Counted from the stretch's first letter, positions 35,537 to 46,506 are shown. The stretch: DNA of 64,000 nucleotides from a virus (IMGVR_UViG_3300025723_001174:5331-69330), one strand, 5' to 3'. Numbers and translations are program-made. Notes: generated by a model not told the origin, from the letters alone.

Positions 35537-36026
35537 TTGAATCTTTTGGAAGCTCGCATAGTGCTTCTAACATTTTGTAATGATTGTAGGCTTTTTTAAG
35601 TGCCTCGAAGTGTTCTAGCTTATCAGGATCAGGTACAAGTATAGCAAGGCGTTTGTTAATATCTTCGAGTGTTTTAGTAATACTAATACCTTTGATCGTT
35701 ACATCGCCATCGAAGTTAGCTTCGCCTGTTACCTGTAGACTTGATTGGGCATCGTTAGCAGTAATATTACTCCAACTGTATCCGCCGGCACCACTTCCAT
35801 ATATTAAACCACTACCACTAGATCCGCCGTTGCTAATCGTTATATTTCCATATGATGAAGTTGAATAGTTTCCCATGACTGAAGAAACACTAGCACCGTA
35901 TGACGACAAGTCGGACATGTCTATGGCCATAGTGCTGGCATATTCAGTTCCACCTACTGTGATAGTGTTGCCACTATTATTAGGATCATTTAGTGTCAAA
36001 GTATCGTTTGAGTTCTGTGAATCCAC
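35526..36026 (-). CDS. hypothetical protein (S/G-rich N-terminus)
   Basis: C-terminus RLAILVPDP.KLE.F.ALKKAY.HYKMLE.LC. Confidence 0.75.
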   Translation of the reverse strand: MDSQNSNDTLTLNDPNNSGNTITVGGTEYASTMAIDMSDLSSYGASVSSVMGNYSTSSYGNITISNGGSSGSGLIYGSGAGGYSWSNITANDAQSSLQVTGEANFDGDVTIKGISITKTLEDINKRLAILVPDPDKLEHFEALKKAYNHYKMLEALCELPKDSNDS

Positions 36027-36213
36027 CGATTAATTCCTCATCTAAGAATATTTGTGGAACTGTACGAGCAGTTGGAACTGCTTCTAATAGTTCTTCTTTA
36101 GTGTAGCCATCTCCAATTTTCTTTTCTTCAAATGGAATGTTACGCTGTTTTAATAATGCCTTTGCTTGGTCGCAATATGGGCAGTTGTATTTGCTCCAGA
36201 CTGTTGCTTTCAT
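35986..36213 (-). CDS. glutaredoxin
   Basis: CPYC active site, TVPQIF, IGGF. Confidence 0.93.
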   Translation of the reverse strand: MKATVWSKYNCPYCDQAKALLKQRNIPFEEKKIGDGYTKEELLEAVPTARTVPQIFLDEELIGGFTELKRYFDTK

Positions 36214-37314
36214 TTATAACTCCGGTAATTCATCATAACTAACACTATCGCTCATTACCCCAATGACGTAGTTAGTAGATTCGTTTTCTTGTAATGCTGT
36301 TTGTTTCTTGTTGATATTTACGTGTTTGTTAAACCATGGGATTGGACTCTGGCGAGGATGTTCTTCTAGGTACTTGATACCAATTTCTTTTAATCTAGTA
36401 AACGCTGTATAATCTACGAAATCTTTTAGGATCTGTGCATTAAGTCCAATAACAACACCCTTGCTGAATAGATAGTCTGCCCATGCTTTTTCTTCATGTA
36501 TAACATCTAAGTACATTTGATATACTTCTTGTTCGCAATCAATCTTAGCCTGTGCAAAACGTTCATCTTCTTTAACAACTTGCATAATTAGGAAAGCTGT
36601 CCATTCTGCATGTAAGATTTCATCTTGTAGGATCAAGCTGATAATATTACCATTACCAATATATATCTTATTTTCTACCATGGCTAAACTTGTAGCAAAG
36701 CTAACCATAAAGCGGAACGCTTCTAGTGCATAGCTAGCATTTAGAGCTAACCAAATAGCTTTGACATGTTCTGCTTCATTAATATCGCCGTCCATTTCTT
36801 TCTGGCAGTTGATTCTGTGTAGTTGTTCGTAGTACCTGCCGATATTTGCGGCCATATCTACGATTTCTTTAGTATCGTGTATCTTGTTGAATTCTTCTTT
36901 AGGTACACCGTAGACGTTGCGAATAATGTGCGAGTAAGATTTTGAGTGAATATTTGTTTCAAAGAAACTCCAATTACTGACCAATGCTTCAAGTTCTGGA
37001 ATCGATATAACTGGGCTGAAAACCTGTGATGGTGCACGACCTTGAATACTGTCTAGTGCTGTTTGACGCAATAGATTACTAGTAAAAATATGTTTAACAG
37101 CATCAGATGCTTCTTTATGATCAATTTTATCTTTGGTTAAACTAATTTCTTCCGGTACCCAAAAGAAACCACGTGCTGTTTCTTCATACTTGGCAATCTT
37201 AGGATATTTTACTTCTTCGAATCGTTGGACTGTAACTGGACCTTCTGGATCCAGAAACATCTTTCTTTTGAGGTAATTAGTCTGACGACTAATGTCGTAT
37301 TGTGCTTTGCTCAT
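36214..37314 (-). CDS. nrdB: ribonucleotide reductase class Ia beta subunit
   Basis: FWVPEEI, NLLRQTALDSIQGR, FETNIHSKSY, LEAFRF..SFA, QDE.LH. Confidence 0.95.
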   Translation of the reverse strand: MSKAQYDISRQTNYLKRKMFLDPEGPVTVQRFEEVKYPKIAKYEETARGFFWVPEEISLTKDKIDHKEASDAVKHIFTSNLLRQTALDSIQGRAPSQVFSPVISIPELEALVSNWSFFETNIHSKSYSHIIRNVYGVPKEEFNKIHDTKEIVDMAANIGRYYEQLHRINCQKEMDGDINEAEHVKAIWLALNASYALEAFRFMVSFATSLAMVENKIYIGNGNIISLILQDEILHAEWTAFLIMQVVKEDERFAQAKIDCEQEVYQMYLDVIHEEKAWADYLFSKGVVIGLNAQILKDFVDYTAFTRLKEIGIKYLEEHPRQSPIPWFNKHVNINKKQTALQENESTNYVIGVMSDSVSYDELPEL

Positions 37315-37323
37315 GTTAACCTT

Positions 37324-39681
37324 TTATAATTTACAACTTTCACAATCGTCATCTAATGCTTCGTAAAGCACAGCGTTGTCTGCGGTGATAATACCAGTAG
37401 CATGACCGTTCACACCAATTGTATTAGTGCTGGTTCCAGCCATTGATGCTTTCGCACCAACTTTGTTGATTAGACTATAGTATATAGTCTTGATGCCCCA
37501 CTTGTAGGCTAACATTAGATTCTTAGCAATCAATGTTCCAGGAACTTTACCTTCTGCAAAATGCGCAGGATTATAAAATGTGTTAGTTGATAGACTTTGA
37601 TCAATATAAGCCGCAAGTACAGCCGCGGTTTTCAAATAACCATCACAGTCTTTTTGATCCCACATTAGTTGGTAACGATTTTTTAGACGTTTGTATTCTG
37701 GTACTACCTGTACGAACGATCCTGCTTTTGATTCCTTAACAGAAATCATTTCCATTGGCATTTCAATACCGTTGGTAGAATTTAAAACAACAGAACTAGA
37801 TTCAACTGGTGCTACAGCCATAAGTGTAGCATTTCTAATTCCATATTGCAACATATTTTTGCGTAGACTTTCCCAATCCATACTTGGAGTAAAATCAGTT
37901 AATTCATTTACTCCAGCATTTCTACGTTCCCAGGGAAATACGCCTTTACCATAATAAGTGTATTGACTACGTCCGCATGGGCCCTTCTCTTGGGCAAGCT
38001 CTACACTCATTTCAGTTAGGAAATATGCCTGATGTTCCATCCAGCGTTTGACTTCGGCCAGGGCGTCAGTTTCGCCGTATTTCAAACTACGTTTAGCATG
38101 CCAGTAAGCTAGGTTAGTAATACCAACGCCTAATGGTTCAAAATCTTCATTAGCAAGTTTACTTTGAATACTTAGGAAATCTTGATAGCTCAGCAAGTTA
38201 CTTAAACTACGAACTAGTACACGGCATGCTTTACGCATCTGTTGTGGGTTGTTGAACGCTCCCCAATTTATGCTTCCAAGTGTACATAGGGCAATACGTC
38301 CGTTAGGGTCTTCAATTCTTTGAAAAGGTCGTGTAGGCAATAGTATTTCTTGACACAAGTTGCTTTGATATATCGGATCGGTCTTTGTATCGAACGGACC
38401 TTGATTGATGACGTTGTCGATATTGACAAGGTAAATTCTTCCTGTATCTGTACGTTCTTTTAAAATACCGTTCTTGAAGATATCCTCTGCTGATACAACT
38501 TTCTTTTTAATTGTTGGATGCTTCTCGTAATTTAGATATAACTTTTCAAATTCTGCAGAGTCGCGATAGTATGCTTGGTATAAGTCTGGAACTTCTGCGG
38601 GATTAAACAAAGTAATGTTTTCGCCTTTACGATAGCGATTCCAAAACATCTTATTGACTACGATACTGTAATCCATTTGACGAACACGAACTTCCTCAGT
38701 ACCTTGATTATTTTTCAATACGATAAAGTCTTCAAACTGCGCATGCCAAACAGGTAGTGTAACTGTGCATGATGCATTTCGGATACCACCTTGCGAGCAT
38801 GATCTTAAATCAGCGAACCACTTCTTTAGAAATGGGATTAGACCAGTGTGTTTTATTTCTCCATTCCTAATAGGGGCGCCTAAAGGACGTATACGACCAA
38901 TCTCTAATCCAATGCCAGCACGTTTACTAGCGTACTTGGCCATCATCTCGCCGGCGGCGAAGATTGAATCTAATGTGTCGTCACTACTAATAAGAACACA
39001 CGAACTAAATTGTTTAGTAGGTGTGCCAAGACCGGCCAACACAGGAGTAGCAAGAGTAAAGTGACCATCACTCGCACATTCGTAGTATTCTTTGACATAT
39101 TTTAACCTCTTATCTGCGGGCTCATTATGAAATGCTGTCGCGGCCGCAATAGCATAACGTATCTGCGGTGTTTCATAAATTTGACCAGTGGCACGATTCT
39201 GTACCAAATACTTTTCAGCCAACTGGGCGATAGCCGCGTAAGTATATTCTTCGTCCTTGGCATGATCGATAAACAAATCGATAATGTTCCATTCATCCTC
39301 GGTATACCACTCTAGAAGTTCTGGAGTGTACATGTTTAGTTCTACATTCTTTTTAACTATGTCGTATAGTTTTGGTGGAGTATATGTTCCATATACTTCC
39401 TTGCGTAGCATCGATACCTTCTGGCGTCCTGCTACGTATTGATAATTTACATTGTTGATTTCTGGATTTTCTTCTTCGTCGATTAAATCTACCATCGCTT
39501 TTAATAGTAGTTCGTCAATCGTTTCTGTCGTCATTCCATCGTGTAATTCTATTTGAGCCTTGATCTCAATCATTGACGGGCTTACCCCATCTACTCCCTT
39601 GCATCCAAATGCAACTTGTCTTTGTATTTTTGCTATGTCTAGAGGCACTCTTTCGCCACTACGCTTGACAACTGTGATCAT
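37324..39681 (-). CDS. nrdA: ribonucleotide reductase class Ia alpha subunit with ATP cone
   Basis: MITVVKRSG ATP cone, QFSSC, SNLCQEI, APVESSS, DQSLSTN, TIYY, C-terminal CESCKL. Confidence 0.96.
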   Translation of the reverse strand: MITVVKRSGERVPLDIAKIQRQVAFGCKGVDGVSPSMIEIKAQIELHDGMTTETIDELLLKAMVDLIDEEENPEINNVNYQYVAGRQKVSMLRKEVYGTYTPPKLYDIVKKNVELNMYTPELLEWYTEDEWNIIDLFIDHAKDEEYTYAAIAQLAEKYLVQNRATGQIYETPQIRYAIAAATAFHNEPADKRLKYVKEYYECASDGHFTLATPVLAGLGTPTKQFSSCVLISSDDTLDSIFAAGEMMAKYASKRAGIGLEIGRIRPLGAPIRNGEIKHTGLIPFLKKWFADLRSCSQGGIRNASCTVTLPVWHAQFEDFIVLKNNQGTEEVRVRQMDYSIVVNKMFWNRYRKGENITLFNPAEVPDLYQAYYRDSAEFEKLYLNYEKHPTIKKKVVSAEDIFKNGILKERTDTGRIYLVNIDNVINQGPFDTKTDPIYQSNLCQEILLPTRPFQRIEDPNGRIALCTLGSINWGAFNNPQQMRKACRVLVRSLSNLLSYQDFLSIQSKLANEDFEPLGVGITNLAYWHAKRSLKYGETDALAEVKRWMEHQAYFLTEMSVELAQEKGPCGRSQYTYYGKGVFPWERRNAGVNELTDFTPSMDWESLRKNMLQYGIRNATLMAVAPVESSSVVLNSTNGIEMPMEMISVKESKAGSFVQVVPEYKRLKNRYQLMWDQKDCDGYLKTAAVLAAYIDQSLSTNTFYNPAHFAEGKVPGTLIAKNLMLAYKWGIKTIYYSLINKVGAKASMAGTSTNTIGVNGHATGIITADNAVLYEALDDDCESCKL

Positions 39682-39736
39682 GCTTCACCTATTCTTTTTG
39701 TTATTATTTTGAAATTCTGTATACTGGAGTTGATAT

Positions 39737-40171
39737 TTACCTAGGCCTGGTTAAGGTGACCATATTTTCAAGCCTGTATAAACTCGGTACATTATCAGCA
39801 CTAATCACTTCGCCGTCGGAAAAATTCAAAACTACAGTTTCATCTATATACACTATATTATAGAGCCTATTGTGTTCATCGTCAACTAGGGTTTTGATTG
39901 TGATTGCGGAATCTTTAAAACGATCTGTATATAGCAGACTGTAGCCCATCATCACACTTAAGGTAAAATCATCATACTTATTTTCTACTATGATTTCCCA
40001 AGGAGTTGGCCAACTTACTGGATAGAATGGATCTATTTTTGCATTGTAGGGAATTAAAGGAGCCTGTTTCCAAAAAACAGCAACTTCTTTTAGTGGATTC
40101 TTGGATAACTCGAGTGAGTTCCTGAAATCAGCCCAATGGGATAACCGGTTGTCCGGATCGGCGTTGAACAT
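39737..40171 (-). CDS. hypothetical protein
   Basis: 144-aa ORF downstream of the tail protein. Confidence 0.75.
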   Translation of the reverse strand: MFNADPDNRLSHWADFRNSLELSKNPLKEVAVFWKQAPLIPYNAKIDPFYPVSWPTPWEIIVENKYDDFTLSVMMGYSLLYTDRFKDSAITIKTLVDDEHNRLYNIVYIDETVVLNFSDGEVISADNVPSLYRLENMVTLTRPR

Positions 40172-40173
40172 TG

Positions 40174-41850
40174 TTAATACAACTGATAGTATTCGAATTC
40201 TAGATAGGTTTGTGTATACGGAACCAAAGCACTGATAGTCAATGCACTAGATGATGTTGTTATAGTAGCTGTAAAAACTATTTGTCCATCATTGGCACCT
40301 ATGTATGTATATGTGTCTGTTACTGCAGGACCATTGCTGTTGCAGGTCACTAATAGATCGCCACGTCTAGTAACACTAGCTTGTGTGGCAATATATGATA
40401 ATTTTATAGATTGATCTGTTGGAGTCTTAGCCACAGTTAATACTGGTTGAAATGTTAAGATCGACGGATTAAGAGTCGCAGTAACAGGAGCTCTACTTTG
40501 TATGTAAGCAGGACTCATAACAGTAGGTAAGTATGCTGTTGCTGTATTAGTTACAGTATTATATTCATCTGTTCTAAAGAAATAATCATTGAAGCTGGTA
40601 TTGTTTGGAGTATAATATCCTAGCACTTCATAGCTCTGCGAAGCTTCAGTTGTTAATCTATTACCGCAATTAAAATATTCATTGTTGGTACTGTTAATGA
40701 AAGAAGGTGTATTGTTTGTATTTGTTCCTACGAATACTGCTTGCTCATAGATATTCTCAAATCTATTGTTTTGAATAAACACGTGTTGTGGACCAACGCT
40801 AACAGGAACAGAGTACGCAGGCACGTTTGGCCAGCTTCCGTATCCGCCTGCTCTGTAGTCAAAGAAATCAATACCAATGGTTAGATTTCGAAACTGACTA
40901 TTAGAAATATAAATTTCACTGCTGTCGTATTTTGAAACAATAGCTGTACTTAATTTCTCAAATATACAGTTATTGATTTTAAGATTCTTAGTAGTAGTCG
41001 CTCCAAGTCCTCGTATTTCGATTCCTGCTACGCCAGGTAGTGATGCCGGAGGAGTTGTATTTGCGCCTTCAAATTTTACATTAGATATTTTAGAATCTAA
41101 AACACAGTCGGCTTCGATTAATCCTTGTTCTCCAACTTCTGCTAATGCCGATGCATATCCGATAGTCATACCATCGATTGAAATTTCTTGAGGTTGGTAA
41201 CGACCGCCTTGTATGCTACTAGCGTTCCATGTTGTTAATACACCTGGTTGGCTAGCACTTAGTCCGCAAAATTGCATGACAGCGGTACCAGTGGTTAGTT
41301 GTTGTATGATTGTTTTATCAATACCATCGCCTATGATTGTTGCGTATGGAGGAATAAACAATGTGCCTGTTATTAGATATGTACCTGCGGGAATTCTTAG
41401 AGGTTTACGACTAGATGGATTGTTGGCATCAGTATTTGCATACAACTGACTGATAGCTTGTTGCAGAGCTTTAGTATCATCAGTTGCGCCATCACCCACT
41501 GCGCCAAAATCGTTGGCTGTAACACTATCATCTAGTTTAGATTGTAGGGTTCGAATAACAGGAAAATTCGTAGGTCCTGTTTGTATAATTGGGTTGTTCT
41601 TTTCGTATTGATAAGATTCTAGGCTGAACAGATTACCATTGGCAATGCTGTTAATAGTTAAAATTTCAGTGTTACCTACAGTTGGAGCACCATCACCGCC
41701 GGCTGTAGGACTAGCTGTACTACCGTTACCAATATATAGTTTTTGTACGTCAGTTGACCAGGCAAATTCACCTGCTGATAAGGTAGGTACACCTGTAACT
41801 AACTCTTGTCCTCTACGGACCTGTATTTTGGAAATCTGTAAAACGGCCAT
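40174..41850 (-). CDS. tail/structural protein with pectate-lyase-like beta-helix
   Basis: ISKIQVRRG...GEFAWS.D...LYIGNG head; RTLQSKLDD.V...DFGAVGDGATDDT.ALQ.AI; IPAGTY. Confidence 0.8.
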   Translation of the reverse strand: MAVLQISKIQVRRGQELVTGVPTLSAGEFAWSTDVQKLYIGNGSTASPTAGGDGAPTVGNTEILTINSIANGNLFSLESYQYEKNNPIIQTGPTNFPVIRTLQSKLDDSVTANDFGAVGDGATDDTKALQQAISQLYANTDANNPSSRKPLRIPAGTYLITGTLFIPPYATIIGDGIDKTIIQQLTTGTAVMQFCGLSASQPGVLTTWNASSIQGGRYQPQEISIDGMTIGYASALAEVGEQGLIEADCVLDSKISNVKFEGANTTPPASLPGVAGIEIRGLGATTTKNLKINNCIFEKLSTAIVSKYDSSEIYISNSQFRNLTIGIDFFDYRAGGYGSWPNVPAYSVPVSVGPQHVFIQNNRFENIYEQAVFVGTNTNNTPSFINSTNNEYFNCGNRLTTEASQSYEVLGYYTPNNTSFNDYFFRTDEYNTVTNTATAYLPTVMSPAYIQSRAPVTATLNPSILTFQPVLTVAKTPTDQSIKLSYIATQASVTRRGDLLVTCNSNGPAVTDTYTYIGANDGQIVFTATITTSSSALTISALVPYTQTYLEFEYYQLY

Positions 41851-41883
41851 GAATATATCCTCGTTGTACGGATATTTATCTTA

Positions 41884-42654
41884 TTACCAGCCGCGCCATC
41901 TAGAGGTCAAATAGGGTAGTTCAACTTGAGCAAGTTTTTCGTTAGGAGCACAGATCATGTTTTGTCCATCATCTGTGATAAACCAATGGCTATAGTCGGG
42001 TGCGATTTCATTAACTAGAGCTTTTATAGTTTCGTGTATATAAGAGCCTTGGCAGTTATTGTATTCTACCCATAACCACGGACGATGCGCTCTAATAGTT
42101 TGGGCACCGCCGTGTATAGCTTGTGGTTCGTACCCCTCTACGTCCAACTTAATAAAATCAACTTTAGGTAGGTTTAAACTATCTATAGTAACCATTTGGG
42201 TTAGATTAGGGTTGGTATAATCATATTCCGGAACTTGTGAATCTACAGCAACAGATCCATAATCATCTACTTCTTTATAGTTTACATCTGGCATGCGGAC
42301 AACACCCGTAACGTCACCTAATGCTTGATTATAGATATGTACGTTGTATAGGTCGTTGATAGCGACTGTTCCAGCAAGTGCATAAAACAGACGTTTTTGA
42401 GCCTCAAATGAAATTATTTTTGCTGATTTTGACTCTAATCTGCGTGATAATGGCACAGTTACAAAGCCAATGTTTGCACCTCCATCAATGATTACAGCGT
42501 CATCTGGAAGACTATCTATGATTAGATACATACGCTCTAACTCTTCTTCGATGTGAGTCTTGCCTGTAGTTTCTAATGCTTCGCCTTGGAACTTGCAGTA
42601 TTGATTTACTACAAACTGTCCATAGTCACTGTTGTATATTTTAAAGTCGCTCAT
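41884..42654 (-). CDS. FkbM-family SAM methyltransferase
   Basis: IDGGANIG, SFEAQ, TIDSL.LPKVDFIKLDVEGYE. Confidence 0.9.
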   Translation of the reverse strand: MSDFKIYNSDYGQFVVNQYCKFQGEALETTGKTHIEEELERMYLIIDSLPDDAVIIDGGANIGFVTVPLSRRLESKSAKIISFEAQKRLFYALAGTVAINDLYNVHIYNQALGDVTGVVRMPDVNYKEVDDYGSVAVDSQVPEYDYTNPNLTQMVTIDSLNLPKVDFIKLDVEGYEPQAIHGGAQTIRAHRPWLWVEYNNCQGSYIHETIKALVNEIAPDYSHWFITDDGQNMICAPNEKLAQVELPYLTSRWRGW

Positions 42655-43319
42655 ATTTCTAAATACTCTCCATCTGGTCCTGGATGGCCACCATCTGGTT
42701 CTACACCATAATTAGCGTGTACAAATATTTTTTCAACTGAGTTATCTTCGATTCCTAGTTTATGGAATTCTTCTTTGACAATATAAAATGCAGTAGCACC
42801 CCATTGATCAACTCCGTAAAGTTCGTATCCTTTTTCGTTAGCCATCTTAGTGATGCTAGCAAGGCTTGATCCCATATAGCGAGTGCCGTTCCATACATAG
42901 TCTGACTTGTAAGGAGGTACTGCTAGTGTCGGAGGAACTTTGATTCCGTTGTATTCAATAAACACTACCCTAGGTTTATAATCAAGGGCTTTCCATAACC
43001 AGTAGTCCATACCGTCAACGTCGATACTCAAGAAATCAAACTCTTTGGGAACTTCTCCTTGTGCAAATAACTGATTGATATTTTCTGCTGTAATGAAGCC
43101 TTTGACGACTTTAACAGGATACTCCATACAATTAAAAACTATTTGATGATACTGTTTTTCATCTGCTTCTAAGTATGTGGCTTTCCAACCTTGTTTTCTT
43201 ACTAGATTTACTGTATGATCGCTCACTGCGTCATACACACCAAACTCAACACAATATTTGTTGGTGGTGCCTATCTTTGCAAAAACGTCATCGATATTTG
43301 GAATTAAACTATAGCTCAT
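42651..43319 (-). CDS. FkbM-like methyltransferase
   Basis: CVEFG, FITAENIN.L......P.EFDFLSIDVDG.DYWLW....YKPRVV.IEYN. Confidence 0.8.
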   Translation of the reverse strand: MSYSLIPNIDDVFAKIGTTNKYCVEFGVYDAVSDHTVNLVRKQGWKATYLEADEKQYHQIVFNCMEYPVKVVKGFITAENINQLFAQGEVPKEFDFLSIDVDGMDYWLWKALDYKPRVVFIEYNGIKVPPTLAVPPYKSDYVWNGTRYMGSSLASITKMANEKGYELYGVDQWGATAFYIVKEEFHKLGIEDNSVEKIFVHANYGVEPDGGHPGPDGEYLEI

Positions 43320-43320
43320 A

Positions 43321-44019
43321 TTATTTTGTGATGTTGTAATATTCTTCTACTTTACTTAACCATTTGTCTTGATACTGGTTAAAGTCTTTGGGCAATAAGT
43401 CGAACTGTTGATAAATTAAATCTCTACTACACATAAAGATATGTCCTTCTCGGATATCAGTTCCGTAGACTTCATTGTGAGCCAAAATGTAAGCAACCAA
43501 CTGTAAGTAGTAATCTTCAACCCATTCTGCTTTTTTAGGTTTGTTAGTTTGTTTGTAATCGCATACGCTAGGATTATCTTTATAAACAGCAACTAAGTCT
43601 GTTGTTCCAGAATACAGTCCTGGAAAGTATAAACTCTGTTCCATTGCCCACACTTCGCTGATATCTACGATAGCTTGGCCGATGATAACGTCTGCCATCT
43701 TGTGTGCTTGATCATGCACAAGATTTCCGCCCGGTTGACGTTCTAGTCCTGCAAGGAATCTTTCTAGATTGCCATGCATACTTGTGCCCACCCCAGCGGC
43801 TTCTTTAGTAATTTGATTTGCTTTTTCATGTCCGACACGGTCGCGCCATTCATTAATGGCTGTCATGTCTTTGGTAGCTGAAAGAATCGTAGTAACGCTG
43901 GGAAGACGCTCGCCATCGGGAGTGACGTATACTCGTTTTCTAGTTACTGGATCGTTTACTTGTTTGCAGTTTTTGTATTGAAACCGCTCTACAAATGGCG
44001 GTGGTGTTATAAGGTCCAT
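43321..44019 (-). CDS. PD-(D/E)XK exonuclease (T4-like phage exonuclease A type)
   Basis: LPSVTTIL, GT..H, YSGTTDLV, DYKQT, QL.AY..A. Confidence 0.85.
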   Translation of the reverse strand: MDLITPPPFVERFQYKNCKQVNDPVTRKRVYVTPDGERLPSVTTILSATKDMTAINEWRDRVGHEKANQITKEAAGVGTSMHGNLERFLAGLERQPGGNLVHDQAHKMADVIIGQAIVDISEVWAMEQSLYFPGLYSGTTDLVAVYKDNPSVCDYKQTNKPKKAEWVEDYYLQLVAYILAHNEVYGTDIREGHIFMCSRDLIYQQFDLLPKDFNQYQDKWLSKVEEYYNITK

Positions 44020-44036
44020 CCCTTATTTTACTTTCT

Positions 44037-44396
44037 TTATCTATCTTTTGCAACCACGTTGTGGGCCATTTGATCTACTGATTTACCAGCGGATGTATTT
44101 GGATTTGTATTTGACTGTTGGTCATCTGCACCAACTTTGGTTTTAAGTTTGATACCTTGGCTATCCCAAGATCTAATAGCGTTCTTTAACTCTTTGTTTT
44201 GAGGATCTTTCAATAAACTATCTAACGCATCATAGTTCAATTCGCCGAGTCCTTGCGAATGCATGAATCCCTGTAGTTCGGGATCCTCATAGGACATTTC
44301 TAATGGTTGTCCCATTTCATCAGCAGTGCCGATTTTATTGGTAAAAAATACGGCCAGTGAATCTGCGATATCACTGACCGCTTCGAATAAACGCAT
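44037..44396 (-). CDS. hypothetical virion protein (MRLFEA start)
   Basis: ORF track; CTS-like N-terminus. Confidence 0.75.
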   Translation of the reverse strand: MRLFEAVSDIADSLAVFFTNKIGTADEMGQPLEMSYEDPELQGFMHSQGLGELNYDALDSLLKDPQNKELKNAIRSWDSQGIKLKTKVGADDQQSNTNPNTSAGKSVDQMAHNVVAKDR

Positions 44397-44397
44397 A

Positions 44398-45801
44398 TTA
44401 CCTTGTGCCTAAAATCTTCATTAAACGATCGCCACGGTAGATACTTTCACGTATCATTGACTCACGCATTTCACGTGATGTAGCCGCATCAGCTGTAGCA
44501 AATTCATCTTCGCCGCCCATATCCATTTCTGGACCTTCTTCACCTGGCATACCTGGCATTGGTTCTTCCATACCTGACTCTGGAGGCATACCCATTGGCT
44601 CTGCACCTGCTTCTTCGTTGGCTAAGTTAGTAACTGCACCGCTGATTGTTTCACGTGCTTGACGTAGAGCTTCTTGTGCTTGTTGTAGTGCACCTTCAAC
44701 TGTGCTCTTGAAAGCTTCAGCCATCTCTGGACCAAAGTTTGCTTTGATGCTGTCTGACAATTCAATCATAGACTTAGTCTGATATTGACCAACACGTTGC
44801 ATCCAACTTGTAAAGTCATTAACCATATCGATACCTGCTGTAACGTCTTTGGCTTTTTCTTCTTGGTCTTCGTTGATCATACGAACAACAGTTTGAACTA
44901 GGCTTTCTTTAACTTTCTTCTTGCCAATTGCCTTGCTAACTGCGGCACGGCGATTTTTTAAATACTTGTCAGACTTAGTGTTTTTCTTACCATCATTGTC
45001 GATATCATCATCTTCTTGGCCAACTGGATCAAGAGCTTCTGTTTTTGCTTTCTTCTTGTTAAGATCATTTTTACCTTTACCATCTGCCGCAAACGCAGGA
45101 ACCTTCTTACCATTAACTGTCTTCATTGGTAATTTGCCTTCGCTCATAGTGCCTTCCCACATACCGGAGCACTCGTATGGCATACCATTGTTTAGCTTTG
45201 GATGAGTATGGTGGCAACCGCCTTTGCCTGTTGTGATTGTACCACCACACTTTTCACATTCAGCTTTGTGATGCATAGCTACTTCTAACATACCATTGTG
45301 ATATGCTTCTGCACATTTTTGTGCATGGTAGTGAGCCATGTGATGACCTTCCATACCTTCATTTGTTGTTGTTTTTTTATTCATTTTTTTACCCTTGGCG
45401 ATGTTTGTAGCGACGGCATACATTTCTTCCTTACCGCCTTTGAATTTTTGACCTTTTAATTTCTTAACAGTCTTTTCTCTCTTAGCTTTTTCTGCAGAAC
45501 TTAGTTTACGCTCTGCAATAGTTGATTTTAATTCAGCAATACTTTCACCTAACATTTCTTTAATCTTTTGATTAAGCATATTCAACATATACTTGTCACG
45601 TTGATAAACATCGTCATTTAACAAAGAGTTAAAGTTGGCTTGTGTTTCAGCATGATATGTCTTGCTACGTAATAGATTGCGATAATCTTCTAGTTGCTCT
45701 CTGGAGTACTTATCAAAGTTGATTTTGACACCAAATTTTTTGTACATATTCTCATTCAACTGAGCCGCTGTAACTTGTTTAGAAAGGTCGTTTGTGTTCA
45801 T
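44398..45801 (-). CDS. prohead core/scaffold-like modular protein
   Basis: Charged coiled coils, E-delimited modules (NEG, SEG, KES, NED), acidic Met/Pro/Gly tail. Confidence 0.6.
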   Translation of the reverse strand: MNTNDLSKQVTAAQLNENMYKKFGVKINFDKYSREQLEDYRNLLRSKTYHAETQANFNSLLNDDVYQRDKYMLNMLNQKIKEMLGESIAELKSTIAERKLSSAEKAKREKTVKKLKGQKFKGGKEEMYAVATNIAKGKKMNKKTTTNEGMEGHHMAHYHAQKCAEAYHNGMLEVAMHHKAECEKCGGTITTGKGGCHHTHPKLNNGMPYECSGMWEGTMSEGKLPMKTVNGKKVPAFAADGKGKNDLNKKKAKTEALDPVGQEDDDIDNDGKKNTKSDKYLKNRRAAVSKAIGKKKVKESLVQTVVRMINEDQEEKAKDVTAGIDMVNDFTSWMQRVGQYQTKSMIELSDSIKANFGPEMAEAFKSTVEGALQQAQEALRQARETISGAVTNLANEEAGAEPMGMPPESGMEEPMPGMPGEEGPEMDMGGEDEFATADAATSREMRESMIRESIYRGDRLMKILGTR

Positions 45802-45848
45802 AATTGTATTCCAAAAATCCGATATTGTATTTATTTCAGTTATTCAAT

Positions 45849-46313
45849 TTATCCTAGCCTGCGGATTTGATTAAACACACTTAATATGCTAGATTTGTAT
45901 TGATTTTTCTGTTGTTTAGCTAGTTCCGCTTTGATTAGCAACACATCTGCTTTATCTGGATCCTTGCGTTTTATACACATCCTAGCACCATGTAGACTAG
46001 ATTCTTCATCAAACTTTTTATATCCGAACCATTTGTCTTTTTCTAACAAGTTATGGTCTAATTGTTTTCCCAGTGCTAGGTTATTAGCTGTTATGATAGC
46101 AGATTCTGCTAAATTTATGGGTCCGCAAACTTCCTTGTCGTTTTTACGGATATGAAAACCATCATTTTCTCTGACTATGGAATAGTCTCCTACTATGACT
46201 GATCCGTCTTTGTTTTTAGAAGGTACGATAAAGCCCTTGCCCTTAAGATCAGTTTTGACCTTAGAGGCTAGATACTTAACGTCTTCAAATAATTTTGGTG
46301 TTAGATTCGTCAT
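45849..46313 (-). CDS. hypothetical protein
   Basis: ORF track, in operon. Confidence 0.75.
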   Translation of the reverse strand: MTNLTPKLFEDVKYLASKVKTDLKGKGFIVPSKNKDGSVIVGDYSIVRENDGFHIRKNDKEVCGPINLAESAIITANNLALGKQLDHNLLEKDKWFGYKKFDEESSLHGARMCIKRKDPDKADVLLIKAELAKQQKNQYKSSILSVFNQIRRLG

Positions 46314-46506
46314 CTTGTTTCAACATTAATTTCTTACTATCGTTACTTATTTCATAAACTCCCTTGCGTACAAGGGTCTGGGCAATAATACGATCTCTAT
46401 GATAGAGACTACTTATAGAAATTTCTTTTGGATGACTGTTAACAAACTTGCTTTCTTCGTTTGTTAGAATGATTGATGGGGTCTGTACAAGGTGATGGAT
46501 TCTCAT
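46285..46506 (-). CDS. hypothetical protein
   Basis: TAATG coupling. Confidence 0.7.
   Translation of the reverse strand: MRIHHLVQTPSIILTNEESKFVNSHPKEISISSLYHRDRIIAQTLVRKGVYEISNDSKKLMLKQDDESNTKII

Noticed and set aside
36214-39681. Introns, inteins or homing endonucleases in nrdA/nrdB
   Set aside because: Both ORFs are uninterrupted and of normal length.
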